Shown: piece after piece, positions 1 through 11,507 of the stretch
How positions within the stretch are numbered: the stretch's first letter is position 1
Layout of the letters: every line of letters begins with the position of its first letter
Assembly: GCF_963921235.1 (NCBI RefSeq)
Contig: NC_086097.1
Location: 2,542,001 to 2,606,000, forward strand
Direction of reading: 5' to 3'
DNA from: Mobula hypostoma
Taxonomy: Eukaryota
DNA length: 64,000 nucleotides
Made by a program: the position numbers and the translations under genes
The notes under the pieces: generated by a model
Databases searched by the model: none
Told to the model about the DNA's origin: nothing
The model's input: only the letters and a program-made list of their open reading frames with translations

Positions 1-384
1 CTACTTGCCAAGGACTTTTCATTATATACAAGAGATAGAGGCATACAAGATAATAAGAGGAATAGATAGAGTGGACAGCTAGTGTCTCTTCCCCAGGGCA
101 CCACTGATCGATACAAGAGGACATGGCTTTAAGGTAAGGGGTGGGAAGTTCAAGGGGGATATTAGAGGAAGGTTTTTTACTCAGAGAGTGGTTGGTGCGT
201 GGAATGCACTGCCTGAGTCAGTGGTGGAGGCAGGTACACTAGTGAAGTTTGAGAGACTACTAGACAGGTATATGGAGGAATTTAAGGTGGGGGCTTATAT
301 GGGAGGCAGGGTTTGAGGGTCGGCACAACATTGTGGGCTGAAGGGCCTGTAATGTGCTGTACTATTCTATGTCCTATGTTCTAT
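1..384 (+). mobile_element. CR1-type LINE 3' end (ORF2 C-terminus, 3' UTR, CTATGTT-like tail)
   Basis: Near-identical to 63520-63855 and 39490-39815 (RGHGFKVRGGKFKGDIRGRFFTQRVV); ends in an attctatg/ttctatg tail. Confidence 0.85.
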
Positions 385-929
385 GGCCCCTCCTAGCTTC
401 ATTATAATCCTCAAGTGTTCTGTTTGACTCTAGCTTACTAAGCTTTACATACTTTTCCTTTTTCTTCTTCACTAAACATCACCTCTCTCAACACCCAAAG
501 TCCTTTTACTTTGCTATCTTAAAACTGAAGGGGTTGCGGTTGCTGTTCCCTAACTGTTCACCCATTGAGAGGTCAACCTCGTGGAAAATGAAGAAAGAAC
601 AACTGAAAGAAGAGAAAATCTGCAGATACTGGAAACAACTGATCCAATATCTGATGGATGACATAGCAAGAATGGCCAGTTCTGAATAGTTACTGGTGGC
701 TTCCCAGTTCTTGTCGAGAGAATATTTGACAACTGATCAAAAAAAAAGATCCTGTGTCGAGGAAAATCTTTATAATAGGTTTTATTTCTGATAAGCCCAA
801 GCTGAGGGGCAGACATTTCAGACGGTGCTGGAATACAGGACGAGGCCATGATTATAGGCAGACAGTTTATATGCCTTCTGGTTTATGGGTGCTGAGGTAG
901 CATGACTCTATCATAACTTGCGCATTCTG

Positions 930-1350
930 GAGTTCAGAGCTCAGTTCCGGTGCCATCTTTTTGTACGTTCTACCCATGACCAAGTGACCAAGTGGCCAAG
1001 TGACCAAGTGGCCAAGTGGCCAAGTGACCAAGTGACCAAGTGACCAAGTGAACAAGTGACCAAGTGGCCAAGTGGCCAAGTGGCCAAGTGACCAGGTGAC
1101 CAAGTGGCCAGGTGACCAAGTGACCAAGTGGCCAAGTGACCAAGTGACCAAGTGGCCAAGTGACCAAGTGACCAAGTGGCTTTCCTCTGGGTGCTTCAGT
1201 TTGCTCCCACATTCCACTGGTTAGTAACTAGGTGAATTGGTTATTGATATCGTCCCATGAACAGGCTGGGGTGAAATCAGGAGTTACTGGGCGGTGAGGT
1301 TCGTTGGACTGGGAGGGCCTAGCGTGCATCGTTTCTCTATAACATAAATA
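930..1350 (+). mobile_element. V-SINE (HE1-like) with internal tandem expansion
   Basis: V-domain-like tttcctctgggtgcttcagtttgctcccac at about 1181-1210, shared with other SINE copies in the window. Confidence 0.65.
977..1176. repeat. 8-bp tandem repeat (TGRCCAAG) x25
   Basis: TGACCAAG/TGGCCAAG units read directly; explains the HLVTWSLG-repeat ORFs. Confidence 0.95.
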
Positions 1351-1785
1351 AATTTATCTGTGCCAGGCAAAATACCATTTTCCTACAATCTGTTTATTCC
1401 TTTCTGAGAAATCTTCGTAACGTGATCTTTTTCTAGCTGTTCCATTGTGTAATGTTGATACTGAATTTTGTATGTTTCTCTCACGGGTGTTTTTAATTCC
1501 TCCTAGCCTCCCTGTTTCCTTTTTCCGTTGGTTGCTCAGGGTAATTATAATAGTGTAAATGTTTTGGCCAGTTTACACCAGCTAGAGGAAAACTACCACC
1601 TCAGTCAATGCAGAATGATCAATCCTTATGAAGCTCACGCTCAGGAGGATGTTAATTTTACTGTGTCAATCCTCCTTACTTGGGCTCAAGTTCAGTCAAA
1701 GAAATTCTTGGGATGCTGGCATTCCAGAACTATTAATGTTTGCATAAGACCTTAAGATATAAGTGCCTTTTCATTGTGGCTGATC

Positions 1786-2492
1786 CATAGAACCATAGAA
1801 CAGTACAGCACAGAAAACAGGCCATTTGGCCCTTCTAGTCTGTGCCGAAACTTTATTCCGCTAGTCCCATTGACCTGCATCCAGTCCATAACCCTCCAGA
1901 CCTCTCCCGTCCATGTACCTATCCAATTTATTCTTAAAACCTAAGAGTGAGCCTGCATTTACCACATCAGATGGCAGCTCGTTCCACACTCCCACCACTC
2001 TCTGAGTGAAGAAATTCCCCCTAAAACTTTCCCCTTTCACCCTAAAGCCACGTCCTCTTGTATTTATCTCTCCTAATCTAAGTGGAAAGAGCCGACTCGC
2101 ATTTACTCTGTCTATACCCAATTTTCCAATTTTCCTCTCAAGTCCCAATCTCCTAGCTTCTCTCCGTATCCCTTCATGCCCTAACCAATCAGGAATCTAT
2201 CAACCTCTCCCTTAAATATACCAAATGATTTGGCCTGTGGCAAAGAATTTCGCAGATTCACCACTCTTTGGCTAAAGAAATTCCTCCTTATCTCTATTCT
2301 AAAAGGGTGTCCCTTTTTTCTGAGGCTGTGTCCTCTGATCTTAGACTCCCCCACTATAGGAAGCATCCTCTCCACATCCACTCTATCAAGGCCTTTCACC
2401 ATTCAATAGGTTTCAATGAGGCCATGCCTCATTCTTCTGAATTCCAGTGAATACAGGCCCAGAGCCATCAGACACTCTTCATATGACAAGTC
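1786..2492 (-). mobile_element. Two nested CR1-type LINE 3' fragments
   Basis: ORFs 1861-2148 and 2181-2402 resemble CR1 ORF2 C-terminus (FFTQRVV.WN.LP); catagaac tail. Confidence 0.8.
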
Positions 2493-4803
2493 CCAGACCT
2501 GGAAATATGATGTGGTAGCTATTAGTGAAACATGGTTACAGGAGGGGTATGATTGGTAACTAAATATTCCTGGATTTCGTTGCTTCAGATGTGATAGAAT
2601 AGGAGGGACAAGAGGGGGAGGTGTTGCATTGCTTGTCAGAGATTATATAACAGCGGTGCTTTGGCAGGATAGATTAGTGGACTCGTCTAGGGAGGCTATT
2701 TGGGTGGAATTGAGGAGTGCAAAAGGTGTAGTGATGCTTATAGAGGTGTATTATAGACCACCTAATGGGGAGTGAAAACTGGAGGAGCAAACTTGTAAGG
2801 AGATAGCAGATATTTGTAGTAAGCACAAGGTTGTGATTGTGGGAGATTTTAATTTTCCACAAATTGACTGGGAAGCCCATACTGTAAAAGGGCTGGATGG
2901 TTTGGAGTTTGTCAAATGTGTGCAAGATAGTTTTTTGCAGCAATACATCGAGGTACCAGATAGAGAAGGGGCAGTGTTGGATCTCCTGTTAGGGAATGAG
3001 ATAGGGCAGGTGATAGAGGTATGTGTTGGGGAGCACTTCAGGTCCAGTGATCACAATACCATTACTTTCAATATAATTATGGAAAAGGATAGGACTGGAC
3101 ACAGGGTTGAGATTTTTGATTGGAGAAAGGCTAACTTTGAGGAGATGTGAAAGGATTTAGAAGGAGTGGATTGGGACAATTTGTTTTATGGGAAGGATGT
3201 AATAGAGAAATGGAGATAATTTAAAGGTGAAATTTTGAGGGTACAGGATCTTTATGTTCCTGTTAGGTTGAAAGGAAAGGTTAAAAGTTTGAGAGAGCCA
3301 TGGTTGTCAATGGATATTGGAAACTTGGTTCAGAAAAAGAGAGGGATCTACAATAAATATAGGCAGCATGGAGTAAGTGAGGTGCTCGAGGAATATAAAG
3401 AATGTAAAAAGAATCTTAAGAAAGAAATTAGAAAAGCTAAAAGAAGATATGAGGCTGCTTTGGCAAGTAAGGTGAAAATAAATCCAAAGAGTTTCTACAG
3501 TTATATTAATAGCAAAAGGATAGTGAGGGATAAAATTGGTCCCTTAGAGAATCAGAATGGACAGCTATGTGTGGCGCCAAAAGAGATGTGGGAGATTTTG
3601 AACAATTTCTTTTCTTCGGTATTCACTAAGGAGAAGGATATTGAATTGTGTAAGATAAGGGAAATGGGTAGGGAAGTTATGGAAACTATGATGATTAAAG
3701 AAGAGGAAGTACAGGTGCTTTTAAGGATTATAAAAGTGTATAAGTCTCTGGGTCCTGACAGGATATTCCCTATGACCTTGCGGGAAGTTAGTGTAGAACT
3801 AGCAGGGGCTCTGACAGAAATATTTCAAATGTCATTAAAAATAGGGATGGTGCCAGAGGGTTGGCGTCTTGCTCATGTTGTTCCATTGTTTAAAAAGGGT
3901 TCTAAGAGTAAACCTTGCTATTATCGGCCTGTGAGTTTGATGTCAGTGGTGGATAAATTGATGGAAAATATTCTTAGAGATAGTATATATAATTATCTGG
4001 ATAGACAGGGTCTGATTAGGAACAGTCAACATGGATTTGTGCGTGGAAGGTCATGTTTGACAAATCCTATTGGAATTTTTGATGAGGTTACCAGGAAAGT
4101 TGACGAGGGTAAAGCGGTGAATGTTGTCTAAATGGACTTCAGTAAGGCCTTTGACAAGGTTCCACATGGAAGGTTAGTTAGGAAGGTTCAATCGTTAGGT
4201 ATTAATGCCGAAGTAGTAAAATGGATTCAGCAGTGGCTAGATGGGAGACGCCAGAGAGTGGTGGTAGATAACTGTTTGTCAGATTGGAGGATGGTGTCTA
4301 GTGGTGTGCCTCAGGGATCTGTACTGGGTCCAATGTTGTTTGTCATATATATTAATGATCTGGATGATGGGGTGGTAAATTGGATGAGTAAGTATGCAGA
4401 TGATACTAAGATAGGTGGAGTTGTGGATAATGAAGTCGGTTTTCAAAGCTTGCAGAGAGATTTAGGCCAATTAGAAGAGTGGGCTGAAAGATGGCAGATG
4501 GAGTTTAATGCTGATAAATGTGAGGTGCTACATTTTGGTAGGACTAATCAAAATAGGACATACATGGTAAATGGTAGGGCATTGAAGAATGCAGTAGAAC
4601 AGAGGGATCTAGGAATAATGGTGCATAGTTCCCTGAAGGTGGAATCTCATGTGGATAGGGTGGTGAAGAAAGCTGGCCTTTATAAATCAGAGCATTGAGT
4701 ATAGGAAACAACAGGAATTCTGCAGATGCTGGAAATTCAAGCAACACACATCAAAGTTGCTGGTGAACGCAGCAGGCCAAGCAGCATCTATAGGAAGAGG
4801 CGC

Positions 4804-4839
4804 AGTCGACGTTTCAGGCCGAGACCCTTCGTCAGGACT
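4804..4839 (-). ncRNA. Minimal type I hammerhead ribozyme motif (PLE-type)
   Basis: Reverse complement reads AGTC-CTGACGA-A-GGG-TCTCGG-CCT-GAAA-CG-TC-GACT. Confidence 0.75.
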
Positions 4840-4875
4840 AGTCCTGACGAAGGGTCTCGGCCTGAAACGTCGACT
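4840..4875 (+). ncRNA. Minimal type I hammerhead ribozyme motif (PLE-type)
   Basis: Stem I AGTC/GACT, CUGACGA 4844-4850, short stem II, GAAA 4864-4867, ACGU palindromic stem III, GUC with predicted cleavage after 4871. Confidence 0.75.
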
Positions 4876-5794
4876 GCGCCTCTTCCTATACATTGAGTAT
4901 AGGAGTTGGGATGTAATGTTGAAATTGTATAAGGCATTGGTAAGGACAAATTTGGAGTATTGTGTACAGTTCTGGTCACCGAATTATAGGAACGATGTCA
5001 ATAAAATTGAGAGAGTACAGGGGAGATTTACTAGAATGTTGCCTGGGTTTCATCTCCTAAATTACAGAGAAAGGTTGAACAAGTTAGGTCTTTATTCTTT
5101 GGAGCGTAGAAGGTTGAGGGGGGACTTGATAGAGGTATTTAAAATTATGAGGGGGATAGGTAGAGTTGACATGGATAGGCTTTTTCCATTGAGAATGGGG
5201 GAGATTCAAACAAGAGGACATGAGTTGAGAGTTAAAGGGCAAAAGTTTAGGGGTAACATGAGGGGGAACTTCTTTACTCAGAGAGTGGTAGCTGTGTGGA
5301 ATGAGCTTCCAGCAGAAGTGGTTGAGGCAAGTTCGGTATTGTCATTCAAAGAAAAATTGGATAGGTATAAGGACAGGAAAGGAATGGAGGGTTATGGGCT
5401 GAGTGCAGGTCAGTGGGACTAGCTGAGAGTAAGAGTTCGGCACGGACTAGAAGGGCCGAGATTACCTGTTTCCGTGGTGTAATTGTTATATGGTCTTTGG
5501 GGAGCTGGAATTAAAATGCCTTGAAAAAGTCCACTTAGTATTTTAATATGACAACTGTTGAAAACACGGTGACACAGATTGCTAAAGATCAGACTGGCAG
5601 ACAGGATTCCATGCTGAATGCTGACATTAATATTTGTCCTCCAGGAACAATGGCAGCCAAAGATTGTTTTATACTTTATGCTCCTCTCTGTTAACATTGA
5701 CTCATGTCTGACCGGGGGAGTCAGGAGAGAACAGGATTAAAACTTTATTTTATTGATGTACAGAGTTAGTTGTACATTTTGTAATGGTCTGTAT

Positions 5795-6010
5795 GTTATT
5801 TATTGATTTAGAGATACCGGGTGGAACAGGCCCTTTTGGCATAACGAGCTGCGCTGCCTAGCAACGCACAGATTTAACCCGACCCTAATCACAGGACAAT
5901 TTACAATGAACAGTTAACCTACCAAGCAGTGGTCCCTTGGACTGAGGGAGGAAACCCTCGAGGTTCACGGGGAGGAATTGAATTCCGCCGCTCTGAGTTG
6001 TTAAACCATG
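5795..6010 (-). mobile_element. SINE (HE1-like family), degenerate
   Basis: ccctaatcacaggacaatttacaatg...ttaacc is the reverse complement of the SINE body at about 17000-17040. Confidence 0.6.
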
Positions 6011-6804
6011 GCACTCACAAATAGGTTCTGCTAAAAGTGTGCAATTATAGGACAATGTATGTACAGAGTGTGTTTATCATTGTTGTAGGAGCCACGTATC
6101 TGCATTGCATTCTGTGTTGAACATTTATTGTGTGTGTTACAGTAACTAGTCACGTTAATGGTGGGGTGGTAAAGGCGAAGGGAATAAGTGACATATTCAC
6201 GCTTATTTTGTGGCAGTTTGTAGTTTGGGACTGTGGAAGTCATATCTTTGCTGACCACTGAGAGAAAGCTCAATAATGCTTGAATGTATGTTTGCTAATT
6301 GCTAAGAAAGGATCGAGATCGGGAATGAAACTCTTTGGAACAACCTCAGGAGCTGTGGGCACATCATGCAAGTGTAAGCACTCTGTGACGGCCGAGGCCA
6401 GCAACAATCATTTGGCAGGTTTTTAGATTAGCTTTTTGCCGCCACAATTGCAAACGTTACTTCAGTTCTAGCATGGAGACTGAATCTGCTGTTAGCCCAA
6501 TACTAGATGCTAATGCCACAGGTATGTTGTGTATTTTCATATTGCTGCAGAAATGAAGAGGTGGATGCCAGTAATACAAATCTATTTACCCCAGATTAGT
6601 GGCACGGCTCTGAAAGTATCAGTGGTCATGAGCAGTTCTTATAATGACATTAATTTTCTTTTTGCGCAGCCACACTTTGATAATCATCAGCTTCTGTGAA
6701 AAATAACATCAGAGCCAAAGGCTTTGAACAAATCCAGGATTCTTCTACTGTGAAGAATCACATTGACAGTGCTTTGTCGATTGTCTGAAGTCACACTGAG
6801 AAAG

Positions 6805-7595
6805 AGTCATAGGCAGGTACAGCACAGAAACAGGCCCTTCAGCCCATCTAGACAATGCCAATACCCTTCAAACCGCTTACTCCATTCGACCTGCTCCAGG
6901 ACCATAGCCTCCATACCCCTTCTATCCGTGTACCTATCCAAGTTTCTCTGAAATGTTGAATTGAGCTTACATACATCACATGCTGGCTTTCATTCCACAC
7001 TCTCACAGCCGTCTGAGTGAAGAAGTTTCCCCTCATGTTCAACAAACTCATTCGTAAGGCCAGTGATGTTGTGGGGATGGAACTGGACTCTCTGACGGTG
7101 GTGTCTGAAAAGAGGATGCTGTCCAAGTTGCATGCCATCTTGGACAATGTCTCCCATCCACTACATAATGTACTGGTTGGGCACAGGAGTACATTCAGCC
7201 AGAGACTCATTCCTCCGAGATGCAACACAGAGCATCATAGGAAGTCATTCCTGCCTGTGGCCATCAAACTTTACAACTCCTCCCTTGGAGGGTCAGACAC
7301 CCTGAGCCGATAGGCTGGTCTTGGACTTATTTCCTGGCATAATTTACATATTACTATTTAATTATTTATGGTTTTATTACTATTTAATTACTTATGGTGC
7401 AACTGTAACGAAAACCAATTTCCCTCAGGATCAATAAAGTATGACTATGACTATGACTATGCGCCCCTTAAATTCCCACCTTTCACCCTTAACCCATGAC
7501 CTCTGGTTATAGTTCCACCCAACTCGGTATGAAACGTCTGCATGCACTTACCCTATCTATACCCCTCATAATTTTATATACCTCTATCAAATACC
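6805..7595 (-). mobile_element. CR1-type 3' fragment interrupted by a second LINE
   Basis: MRGNFFTQTAVRVWNE motif; CR1 sequence resumes after 7461. Confidence 0.7.
7031..7461 (+). mobile_element. Rex1/Babar-like LINE 3' fragment with (ATGACT)n tail
   Basis: ORF LIRKAS...ILDNVSHPLH...SFLPVAIKLYN; AATAAA followed by atgact repeats. Confidence 0.7.
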
Positions 7596-8985
7596 TCTGG
7601 TGATGATCTTTGCATCATCAGTGGGGACAGGAGAGGTTCTGGAGGATTGGAGGGTTGCAGATGTTGTTCCCTTATTCAAGAAGGGGAGTAGAGATAGCCC
7701 AGGAAATTATAGACCAGTGAGTCTTACTTCAGTGGTTGGTAAGTTGATGGAGAAGATCCTGAGAGGCAGGATTTATGAACATTTGGAGAGGCATAATATG
7801 ATTAGGAATAGTCAGCATGGCTTTGTCAAAGGCAGATCGTGCCTACGAGCCTGATTGAATTTTTTGAGGATGTTTCTAAACACATTGATGAAGCTAGAGA
7901 AATAGATGTAGTGTATATGGATTTCAGCAAGGCATTTGACAAGGTACCCCAAGCAAGGCTTATTCAGAAAGTAAGGAGGCATGGGATCCAAGGGCACATT
8001 GCTTTGTGGATCCAGAACTAGCTTGCCCACAGAAGGCAAAGAGTGGTTGTAGATGGGTCATATTCTATATCGAGGTCGGTGACCCATGGTGTGCCTCAGG
8101 GATCTGTTTTGGGACCCCTTCTCTTCATGATTTTTATAAATGACCTGGATGAAGTGGAGGGATGGGTTAGTAAATTGGCTGATGACACAAAGGTTGGGGG
8201 TGTTGTGGATAGTGTGAAGGGCTGTCAGAGGTTACAGCGGGACATCGATAGGATGCAAAACTGGGCTGAGAAGTGGCAGATGGAGTTCAACTCAGATAAG
8301 TGTGAGGTGCTTATAGGACACGCAAAGCTGCTGCACAGGTTGACTCTGTGGTTAAGAAAGCATACGGTGCATTGGCCTTCATCAATCGTAGGATTGAGTT
8401 TAGGAATCGAGAAGGAATGTTGCAGCTATATCGGACCCTGGTCAGACCCCACTTGGAGTACTGTGGTCAGTTCTGGTTACCTCACTACAGGAAGGATGTG
8501 GAAACCATAGAAAGGGTGCAGAGGAGATTTACCAGGATGTTGCCTGGATTGGGGAGCATGCCTTATGAACTCAGCCTTTTTTCCTTGGAGCGAAGGAGGA
8601 TGAGAGGTGATCTGATAGGGGTGTACAAGATGATGAGAGGCATTGATCGTGTGGATAGTCAGAGGCTTTTTCCCAGGACTGAAATGACTAACACAAGAGG
8701 GCATAGTTTTAAGATGCTTGGAAGTCAGTACAGAGGAGATGTCAGGGGTAAGTTGTTTTTGTTTTTTTTTACGCAAAGAGTGGTGAGTGTGTGGAATGGG
8801 CTGCTAGCGATGGTGGTGGAGGCGGATACAATAGGGTCTTTTAAGAGATTCCTGGACAGGTACATGGAGCTAAGAAAAATAGAGGGCTATGGGTAACCCT
8901 AGGTAATTTCTAAGGTAGGGACATGTTCGGCACAGCATTGTGGGCCGAAGGGCCTGTATTATGCTGTAGGTTTTCTATGTTTCTA
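7596..8985 (+). mobile_element. CR1-type LINE RT and 3' end, degenerate
   Basis: [30 protein letters not shown] motifs; ttctatgtttcta tail. Confidence 0.9.
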
Positions 8986-10254
8986 AATCTCCTCTCAATC
9001 TTCTACATTCTAAAGAATAAAGTCCTAACCTATTCAATCTTTCCTTATAACTCAGGTCCCCAGACCTGGCAACACCCTTGTAAATTTTCTCTATACTCTT
9101 TCAACCTTGTTTACATCTTCCCTGTAGGTAAAATAGGCCTCACCAACGTCTCATACAACTTCAGCATAACATCCCATCTCTTGCACTCAACACATTGATT
9201 TATGAAGGCCAATGTGCCAAAAGCTTTCTTTACCACCCTATCCACCTGTGATATCACTTTCAACAAATTATGGCCCTATATTCCCAGATCCCTTTGTTCT
9301 ACAAGACTCCTCCGTGCCCTACTGTTCACTGTGTAGGACCTACCTTGGCAAAGTGCAACACCTCGCACTTGTCTGCATTAAATTCCATCTGCCATTTTTC
9401 CAGTTGATGCAGACCCCTCAGCAAGCCATGATAGCCTTCCTCACTGTCCCCTATCCTCCCAACTTTGGTGCCATCCGCAAATTTGCTGATCCAGAAAACC
9501 ACATTTTCATCCAGATCATTGATATAGATGACAAACAACAATGGACCCAGCACCGATCCCTGCAGCACACCACTAGTCACAGGCCTCCAGTCAGAGAGGC
9601 AACCCTCTACTACCAGTCTCTGGACTCTCCCACAAAGCCAATGTCTACTCCAATTTACTACCTCATCCTGAATGTCGAGTGTCTGAACCTACTTGACCAG
9701 CCTCCCATACAGGACCTTGTCAAAGGTATTACTAAAGTCCACGTAGACAACATCCACTGCCTTACCTGCATCCACTTTCCTGGTAGCTTCCTCAAAAAAC
9801 TCTATAAGGTTGGTTAGGCATTATCTACCACGAGCAAAGCCATAGCGATTATCCTTAATCAGCCCATTTCTATCCAAAAGTACAGAATACAGTATTCAAT
9901 TATGGCTGATCCTTTTTTTCATAGAATACCTTCCCACAACTGATGTCAGACTCCCTGACCTATAATTTGTTGGTTTCTGTTTAGAGCCTTTTTTAAAACA
10001 CTGGCTATCCAATCCTCTGGTACCTCTCCTGTCACGAAGGGTATTTTAAATCACTCTGCTAGGGCCCCAGCAGAACAGCAAGGGACCGCCTTGTCAGGCC
10101 CTGGGGATTTATGCACCCTGATTTGCCTCAGGATAGCAAACACCTCCTCCTCTGTGATCTGTACAGGGTCCATGAAGTTGATGCCGCTTTGCCTCACCTC
10201 TATAGACTCTGTGTCTGTCTCCCAAGTAAATACAGATGCAAAGAATTCATTTGG

Positions 10255-10960
10255 CTCAGAATCAGATTTATTATCACTGGCATGTGATGTGAAATTTGTT
10301 AACTTAGCAACAGCAGTTCAATGCAATACATAATCTAGCAGAAAGGAAATAATAACAATCAGTTCAGTTCAGTTTTTGTTTATTGTCATTTAGAAATGCA
10401 TGCAATAATAAATTAAATAAAACAAATAAACAAGTAAATCAATTATGTATATTGAATAGATTTTAAAAATGTGAAAATGTGAAAAACAGAAATACTGTAT
10501 ATTTTTAAAAAGTGAGGTAGTGTCCAAAGGTTCGATGTCCATCTAGGAATCAGATGGCAGAGGGGAAGAAGCTGTTCCTGGATCACTCAGTGTGCACCTT
10601 CAGGCTTCTGTACCTCCTGCCTGATGGTAACAGTGAGAAAAGGGCATGCCCTGGGTGCTGGTGGTCCTTAATAATGGACGCTGCCTTTCTGAGACACTGC
10701 TTCCTGATGATGTCCTGGGTACTTTGTAGGCTAATACCCAAGATGGAGCCGACTAGATTTACAGCCTTCTGCAGCTTCTTTCGGTCCTGTGCAGTAGCCC
10801 CTCCATACCAGACAGTGATGCAGCCTGTCAGAATGCTCTCCACGGTACAACTATAGAGGTTTTTGAGTGTATTTGTTGACAAGCCAAATCTCTTCAAACT
10901 TCAAAGTATAGCTGCTGTCTTGCCTTCTGTATAACTACATTGGTATGTTGGGACCGGGTT
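10255..10960 (-). mobile_element. Rex1/Babar-like LINE 3' fragment
   Basis: ORF 10583-10897: YSCTVESILTGCITVWYG...IIKDHQHPGHALFSLLPSGRRYRSL. Confidence 0.75.
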
Positions 10961-11507
10961 ACACACATGGATTTCCATTCTGATCTTCCAGAGTACTAAT
11001 TTTATCCCTTGCTATCCTTTTGCTCTTAATATATCTGTAGAATCCTTTTGGATTTTCCTTCACCTCGTCTGCTAGAGCAACTTCATTCCTTCTTTTAGTC
11101 CTCCTTATTTCTTTCTGAAGTGTCTCTTGCATTTCTTATACTCCATAAGCACCTCATTTGTTCCTACCTGCCTGTACCTGCTATGCACCTCCTTTTGTTA
11201 AATCTTAACCAGGGCCTCAATATCTCTTGAAAACCAAGGTTCCCTTCCCTTATTATCTTTACCTTTTATTCTGACAGGCAATACAAGCATTATACTCTCA
11301 AAATTTCACTTTTGGAACTTTCCACTTACCAAGTACACCTTTGCTAGAAAGCATCCTGTCCCAATCCACACTTGCCAGATCATTTCTGATACCATCAAAA
11401 CAGGCCTTTCTCCAATTCAGAATCTCAACCCATGGACCAGACCTATCTCTTTGCATATTTACGTTGAGGCTAATGGCGTGGTGGTCACTGGATGAAAAGT
11501 GTTTCCT

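Larger units (their letters stand above)
4707..4890 (-). mobile_element. Penelope-like pLTR-only insertion with inverted duplication
   Basis: Matches PLE 3' end at 22629-22725; 14-bp TSD cattgagtatagga at 4693-4706 and 4891-4904. Confidence 0.88.
2497..5492 (+). mobile_element. CR1-type LINE ORF2 (APE endonuclease + RT), degenerate, interrupted at 4707-4890
   Basis: GDFNFP and SDHN (endonuclease); [29 protein letters not shown] (RT); several stops. Confidence 0.92.

Noticed and set aside
867..1217. ORFs with HLVTWSLG/HLATWPLG peptide repeats, or a CRISPR-like array
   Set aside because: Translation of an 8-bp tandem repeat that is stop-free on the minus strand; no unique spacers; eukaryotic context
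4757..5422. 221-aa chimeric ORF
   Set aside because: Chance in-frame fusion of the antisense pLTR palindrome with the CR1 ORF2 C-terminus; non-ATG start
5500..6800. Exons of the human neighbour TMEM251/LYSET or another gene
   Set aside because: No recognisable peptide match or convincing exon found by eye; TBLASTN would be decisive
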